Source: Clostridia bacterium (GTDB taxonomy: Bacteria > Bacillota > Clostridia > Christensenellales > CAG-138). Taken from it: a DNA stretch of 64,000 nt. The notes under the pieces are model-generated. The model had not been told where the DNA came from, made no database searches, and was given only the letters and a program-made list of their open reading frames with translations. Of this stretch, positions 58,921-64,000 are shown in pieces. The stretch is taken from positions 32,747-96,746 of the forward strand of contig JAFQCL010000021.1 of NCBI GenBank assembly GCA_017416425.1, given 5' to 3'. The translations under genes were made by a program, and so were the position numbers. Positions within the stretch are counted from its first letter, which is position 1, and each line of letters opens with the position of its first letter.

Positions 58921-60654
58921 ATGATCACCATGAAAATCGACGGAAGAATCGTTCAGGTCACTGAAGGCGCAACCGTGCTTGAAGCGGCTTTGGCGGCAGG
59001 TATCAAGATACCTACTCTCTGTAACCTTAAGGATGTCAACAAAATTGGCGCATGTCGTATGTGCCTTGTTGAGGATGCACGATCCGGTAAGCTTCAGGCT
59101 TCCTGCGTACTGCCCGCATCCGAGGGTCTTGAGGTATTGACCGCAACGCCTAAGGTTTTGAACGCAAGACGCGCTGTTCTTGAGCTGATACTTTCAGATC
59201 ACGATCGCTCATGCCTTACATGTAAGCGTAATCATCATTGTGAGCTGCAGACACTGTCCGAAGAACTTGGTATTACTGATATTCCGTTCCAGGGAGAGCA
59301 TATCGTTAAGACTATTGACGAGATTTCACCCAGTGTTGTCCGTGATAACAATAAGTGCATACTTTGCCGCCGCTGCGTAGCAGCTTGTGAAAAGACTCAG
59401 GGTGTATGCGCTATCGGAATGCAGAACCGCGGTTTTAAGACCCAGATAGGCTCCATATTTGGAAAGAGCCTTGATGAAGTAGCCTGCATCAACTGCGGCC
59501 AGTGTATCGCTGCATGTCCCACCGGCGCTCTTACCGAAAAGGATGCCACAAAGGTCGTATGGGAAGCGCTTGCAAACAAGGATAAGTTTGTTGTATTCCA
59601 GCCCGCTCCTGCTGTCAGGGTAGCGATCGGTGAAGAGTTTGGTATGCCCATCGGCACCCGCTGCACTGGAAAGCTTGCCGCTGCTCTCAGAAGGCTTGGC
59701 GCTGATAAGGTATTCGATGTAGACTTTGGAGCTGACCTCACAATAATGGAGGAAGGTACTGAGCTGCTTGAAAGGATCAAAAATGGCGGAACTCTGCCGA
59801 TGATCACATCGTGCAGCCCCGGTTGGGTAAAATTCTGCGAGCATTTCTATCCTGAGTTCCTGCCGAATCTTTCGAGCTGCAAGAGCCCGAACCAGATGCA
59901 GGGTGCTATAACAAAGACCTATTTTGCGGAGAAGAATGGTCTTGATCCTAAGAATATATTCGTAGTCTCCGTCATGCCGTGTACGGCAAAGAAGTTTGAG
60001 ATCGATCGCCCCGAGATGGGTCGCGATGGCTATCGTGATGTCGATGCGAACCTCACTACACGTGAGCTTGCCCGCATGATAAGGCAGGCAGGTATCGACT
60101 TTATCAACCTTCCTGATGAGTCATTTGACGAGATACTCGGTGATTCCACCGGCGCTGCCGTTATATTCGGCGTGACCGGCGGCGTTATGGAGGCAGCGCT
60201 CCGTACTGTTGCCGACATACTCACCGGAGAGGATCTTGAATCCTTAGAGTATCATGCTGTACGCGGACTTGATGGTATTAAGGAAGCTACTGTAAATGTG
60301 AACGGCATGGATATAAATGTTGCCATCTGTCATGGAACCGCAAATGCTGCAAAGCTGCTTAACTCCATAAAGGCCGGCGAGAAGAATTACCACTTCATAG
60401 AGGTCATGGGATGTCCCGGCGGCTGCGTAACAGGCGGCGGTCAGCCCTATGTTGATGCACGCACCAGGTATTTTGTAGATCCGAGAGCTGCTCGTGCTGC
60501 AGCTACATATAGCGAGGACGAAGCGTTTGCGATCAGAAAGTCACATAAGAATCCTTCGATCAAGAAGCTCTATGACGAATTCCTTGGTGCACCCGGATCC
60601 CATAGATCACATGAGCTGCTGCATACCCATTATGTAGACAGAAGCAAGAAATAA
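58921..60654 (+). CDS. [FeFe]-hydrogenase group A catalytic subunit (M3 architecture)
   Basis: 2Fe-2S, His-ligated 4Fe-4S and two ferredoxin motifs; H-cluster TSCSPGW, MPCTAKKFE, EVMGCPGGCVTGGGQP. Confidence 0.96.
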   Translation: MITMKIDGRIVQVTEGATVLEAALAAGIKIPTLCNLKDVNKIGACRMCLVEDARSGKLQASCVLPASEGLEVLTATPKVLNARRAVLELILSDHDRSCLTCKRNHHCELQTLSEELGITDIPFQGEHIVKTIDEISPSVVRDNNKCILCRRCVAACEKTQGVCAIGMQNRGFKTQIGSIFGKSLDEVACINCGQCIAACPTGALTEKDATKVVWEALANKDKFVVFQPAPAVRVAIGEEFGMPIGTRCTGKLAAALRRLGADKVFDVDFGADLTIMEEGTELLERIKNGGTLPMITSCSPGWVKFCEHFYPEFLPNLSSCKSPNQMQGAITKTYFAEKNGLDPKNIFVVSVMPCTAKKFEIDRPEMGRDGYRDVDANLTTRELARMIRQAGIDFINLPDESFDEILGDSTGAAVIFGVTGGVMEAALRTVADILTGEDLESLEYHAVRGLDGIKEATVNVNGMDINVAICHGTANAAKLLNSIKAGEKNYHFIEVMGCPGGCVTGGGQPYVDARTRYFVDPRAARAAATYSEDEAFAIRKSHKNPSIKKLYDEFLGAPGSHRSHELLHTHYVDRSKK

Positions 60655-60672
60655 TTTATTTAAGTGAGCGAG

Positions 60673-60701
60673 GAGCTGCGGTGGATACCGTAGCTCTTTT
60701 T
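60673..60701 (+). terminator. Intrinsic terminator after hydrogenase
   Basis: GAGCTGCGGT-GGAT-ACCGTAGCTC-TTTTT. Confidence 0.85.
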
Positions 60702-60881
60702 CGATGTGAATCCAGAAAATGAAAATAAAAAACGTCCAAATCGGGTGATGCTTGTAAAACAGTTTACGCCGCTGCAATCTAATTTGCTGTGGCGTCTTTT
60801 GTAAATAGCGGTTTAATTCTGGACAGCTGGAACTGTAACGTCCGCAGGGAAATCAAGAGGGCTATTTTTCTATGAACTTCA

Positions 60882-60910
60882 TTGACAAAACCAATACTTC
60901 TTGATATGAT
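60882..60910 (+). promoter_or_regulatory. Sigma-A promoter of padR operon
   Basis: TTGACA-17 nt-TATGAT; AATAC...GTATT inverted repeat overlaps. Confidence 0.75.
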
Positions 60911-60934
60911 GTATTACACGAAAGGAGGTATGAT

Positions 60935-61255
60935 GTGGATATTCAGTTAAAGCGAGGTCTCTTGGATGTCTGCGTATTAGCAGCGATTAAGAGCGAAGAT
61001 TCATACGGCTACAAGATTATTAAAGATATGAAACCGTATATTGTACTTTCCGAATCCACCTTATATACCATTCTAAAACGCTTGGAAACAGCAAATATGC
61101 TGACCGTTCGCACGGCTGAGCACGGTGGCAGACTTCGGAAGTATTATCATATTACCAATGAGGGACTTAAACGTATTGAGGATTTTAAGGACGAGTGGAA
61201 GGAAATCTTGTCTATATATCGATTTATAACTAAGGAGGATAATGGTAATGAGTAA
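60935..61255 (+). CDS. PadR family transcriptional regulator
   Basis: QLKRGLLD, SYGY, ESTLYTILKRLE, RKYYHIT. Confidence 0.93.
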   Translation: MDIQLKRGLLDVCVLAAIKSEDSYGYKIIKDMKPYIVLSESTLYTILKRLETANMLTVRTAEHGGRLRKYYHITNEGLKRIEDFKDEWKEILSIYRFITKEDNGNE

Positions 61256-61847
61256 ACAAGAATTTCTTGCGCAGTTGCACAAAGAATTGTACGGATTGCC
61301 GCAGGATGATATTGAGGAACGTTTAATATTTTACAGTGAAATGATTGAAGATCGAATAGAAGAAGGTCTTTCAGAGGAGGAAGCGGTTTCGGCAGTAGGA
61401 TCTGTTGATGAAATCGTGGCGCAGGTAGTAGCAAACATTCCGTTTGCGAAAATCGCAAAGGAAAGAATTAACCCCAAAAGACGGCTAAAAGCATGGGAAA
61501 TCGTACTCTTGGCGCTTGGTTCTCCCATATGGCTTTCATTAGGTATCGCCGCAGTTGCCGTAATTCTTTCATTTTACGCTTCTTTGTGGTCTGTGATTAT
61601 TTCCTTGTGGGCTGTTTTCGGTTCGCTAACAGGCTGCTTGCTTGGCGGTATGTTAGCAGGGATTGCCTTTGCTTGTAACGGCAATGTTCTTACTGGAGTA
61701 GCTATGATTGGCGCAGGATTTGTTTGCGCAGGTCTTTCCGTTTTCATGTTCTACGGATGCAGGGCGGCTACAAAGGGCGTTTTGATGCTCACAAAGAAAC
61801 TTGCAGTATGGACTAAGAACTGCTTTATTAAAAAGGAGGAAGCGTAA
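61248..61847 (+). CDS. DUF1700 membrane protein
   Basis: KQEFLAQL..L..LP.DDIEE...FYSEMIEDRIEEGLSEEEAV followed by TM helices. Confidence 0.88.
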   Translation: MSKQEFLAQLHKELYGLPQDDIEERLIFYSEMIEDRIEEGLSEEEAVSAVGSVDEIVAQVVANIPFAKIAKERINPKRRLKAWEIVLLALGSPIWLSLGIAAVAVILSFYASLWSVIISLWAVFGSLTGCLLGGMLAGIAFACNGNVLTGVAMIGAGFVCAGLSVFMFYGCRAATKGVLMLTKKLAVWTKNCFIKKEEA

Positions 61848-62809
61848 TGAGAAAGGCAACGAAAACATGGCTTATTATAGCAGCTTCCCTTGTGGTTGTC
61901 GGGCTAATAATGTTTGCGGTGGTAATGTCGGAATATAAGTGGGATTTTACTAAACTCAGTACAGGAAAATATGAAACAAACATCTATGAGATAAGCGAAG
62001 AATTCAGCGACATATCTATGAATACGGATACCGCAGATATTATATTTGCATTGTCCAATGATGGAAAGTGTAGAGTGGAATGTTATGAGGAGGAAAAAGC
62101 AAAGCATTTCGTTGAGATTCAAGAAGATACACTTGTTATCAAGATGATTGATGAAAAATCTTGGTATGACTATATCGGAATTAACTTCGGTTCACCAAAG
62201 ATAACGGTTTATCTTCCGAAAGTCGAATACACTTCACTTTTCATTAACGAAAGCACTGGAGATATCCAAATACCGAAGAATTTTAAGTTTGATAGTGTTG
62301 ATATTTCGTTAAGCACAGGTGACGTTAACTTTTTCGCCTCCGCTTCAGAATTAATTAAAATTAAAACAAGTACCGGAAATATCTGCGTTGAAAGCGCATG
62401 TGCAGGAGAGCTTGATCTTTCTGCTTCAACGGGCGGGATTACGGTTTCTAACGTAATCTGCGGGGGTGATGTTAATATCAAAGTATCAACCGGAAAAACC
62501 AATTTAACCGATATTAAGTGTAAAAGTCTTACATCGAGCGGAGATACGGGAGATATATCATTGAATCATGTTATTGCCGCAGAAAAATTCTTGATTAAGA
62601 GAAGTACGGGTGATGTGAAGTTTGACGGTAGCGATGCTACTGAAATTTTCATTGAAACCAACACAGGCGATGTTATGGGTACTTTCCTTTCTGAGAAAAT
62701 ATTTTTTGTTTCAACTGACACAGGGAGTGTTGATGTTCCAAAAAGCATAACCGGTGGAAGGTGTGAGATCACAACCGATACAGGGGATATCAAACTGGAT
62801 ATTCAATGA
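61847..62809 (+). CDS. DUF4097 beta-strand repeat protein
   Basis: N-terminal TM; repeated (S/D/N)TG(D/N) units. Confidence 0.88.
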   Translation: MRKATKTWLIIAASLVVVGLIMFAVVMSEYKWDFTKLSTGKYETNIYEISEEFSDISMNTDTADIIFALSNDGKCRVECYEEEKAKHFVEIQEDTLVIKMIDEKSWYDYIGINFGSPKITVYLPKVEYTSLFINESTGDIQIPKNFKFDSVDISLSTGDVNFFASASELIKIKTSTGNICVESACAGELDLSASTGGITVSNVICGGDVNIKVSTGKTNLTDIKCKSLTSSGDTGDISLNHVIAAEKFLIKRSTGDVKFDGSDATEIFIETNTGDVMGTFLSEKIFFVSTDTGSVDVPKSITGGRCEITTDTGDIKLDIQ

Positions 62810-63045
62810 AGGGCGCACTTTTATACAGACGCAAGCTTTGTATGTGTGCTGTGTGAGAAAGCGCATATACACGCAAATACCAGTCTGCTCTGCATCAACT
62901 TTGTTCTGGACAAGGGGCTTACTTGCGCTGCTGTGCGACCATCCTTGATATAAGAAACCTCCGCATGTCTTAATAATGCGGAGGTCTAACATTTTACGGA
63001 CACCGCCCGAATGGCTCAGGTGCTTTTAAAACATAGAATGATCGA

Positions 63046-63405
63046 TTATTTATTCTTTTCAACGATGCGCTCAACGACCTTTGCAGCCTTACCTACGCGA
63101 TTACGCAGATAATACAGCTTAGCCCTGCGAACTTTACCATGACGCATTACCTCAATGCGACCGATACGGGGGCTATGATAGGGGAAAGTTCTTTCAACGC
63201 CGATTCCGTATGAAAGCCTGCGGACGGTGAAAGTCTTGCGAAGGCCGCCGCCCTGCATCTTAATAACAATACCTTCAAAATTCTGAAGACGCTCGCGGGA
63301 GCCTTCAATAACCTTTACATATACGCGAACGGTATCGCCGATTTCAAGCTTCGGCAGATCGCTGCGCAGTTGTTCCTTTTCTAGTTCACGAATGATGTCA
63401 GACAT
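63046..63405 (-). CDS. rplS: 50S ribosomal protein L19
   Basis: [33 protein letters not shown]; SD before ATG 63405. Confidence 0.98.
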   Translation of the reverse strand: MSDIIRELEKEQLRSDLPKLEIGDTVRVYVKVIEGSRERLQNFEGIVIKMQGGGLRKTFTVRRLSYGIGVERTFPYHSPRIGRIEVMRHGKVRRAKLYYLRNRVGKAAKVVERIVEKNK

Positions 63406-63428
63406 AGTAATTCTCCTTCCTAATTTAT

Positions 63429-63457
63429 GGGTGTTCATGAAAAACAGAGGACCACCC
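63429..63457 (-). ncRNA. L19 leader (putative autoregulatory element)
   Basis: GGGTGGTCCTCTG..CATGAACACCC hairpin with internal loop just upstream of the rplS SD. Confidence 0.65.
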
Positions 63458-63561
63458 ACTGTCCATGTGGGATTATAGCATACCGATAAAATGCATGCAA
63501 GCAAAATAATAGATGATCGCTATATATTTTCAAGCGACCTTCTTAAATTCGGCTGCTAAAA

Positions 63562-63816
63562 TTATGCTGTAAACAGAGTTCTGAAAACGAGCATACCGAT
63601 AGCTATTACGGCGATCGCAATACCGGTTATGATGGTAACGGTTTGCAGCTTCTTGTCCCTGCTTGCTGCTTTGCCGCGTGCGGTAAAGCTCTGGGTGTCG
63701 CCGCCGTATGAGCTACCGAGACCGGCACTCTTGGTGGACTGCATGAGCACTGATGCGATAAGTGCTGCCGCGCACAGGATAAGAACTATGTTGAGAACAA
63801 GTTCTAAAGTTTGCAT
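63562..63816 (-). CDS. secG: Preprotein translocase subunit SecG
   Basis: Two TM helices, VLMQ..KSAGLG..GG, L..VT. Confidence 0.9.
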   Translation of the reverse strand: MQTLELVLNIVLILCAAALIASVLMQSTKSAGLGSSYGGDTQSFTARGKAASRDKKLQTVTIITGIAIAVIAIGMLVFRTLFTA

Positions 63817-64000
63817 AGTTAACCTCCTTAATAGAATGCTTTGGGATTATACCATTAATTTTTACGGCTTGCAAGTAAAACACGGTATTTTATCACACTT
63901 TTTTCTGTATATTGTGCGCCGTAAAGCTTTACGCGGTAGTTTATCGCGGCGATGCAGCGCATGATTGGATATTTTTTGGGGACTGTACTATTTTTGTTTA

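Overview
Chromosomal window from an anaerobic, probably spore-forming Clostridia-class firmicute (inferred from gene content). In order it holds: hrcA(partial)-grpE-dnaK-dnaJ; a GT2 glycosyltransferase; a small ORF coupled to dinB behind a LexA-box-like promoter; megL and an aminotransferase; a ZMP/ZTP-riboswitch-headed operon purF-purM-purN-purO-like-purH(transformylase only)-purD-purL-folD-guaB; larE-larB-larC without larA; an accessory tract (C39-like lipoprotein, APH-type kinase, GNATs, GNAT-CPT fusion, Sel1 pseudogene, lipoprotein carbonic anhydrase) ending at tRNA-Ser(GGA); tcdA, rluB, dacB, ytfJ; the full selenocysteine machinery (selD with in-frame UGA, selC, selB, selA) and trxB; recD2-comF; an LTD/CotH kinase-VTC-DUF4956 operon; yggS-sepF-divIVA-like; an [FeFe]-hydrogenase; PadR-DUF1700-DUF4097; rplS with an L19 leader; and secG. 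The strongest unexplained signal is a dispersed 80-190 bp structured element present in five copies plus one 15-bp remnant. Every copy is co-oriented with an unrelated gene and ends exactly at its start codon. It appears inserted between the native Shine-Dalgarno and the start codon, with AGTT-like direct repeats, and carries its own SD, a variable hairpin and an ATG. All calls come from reading the sequence; no searches were run.
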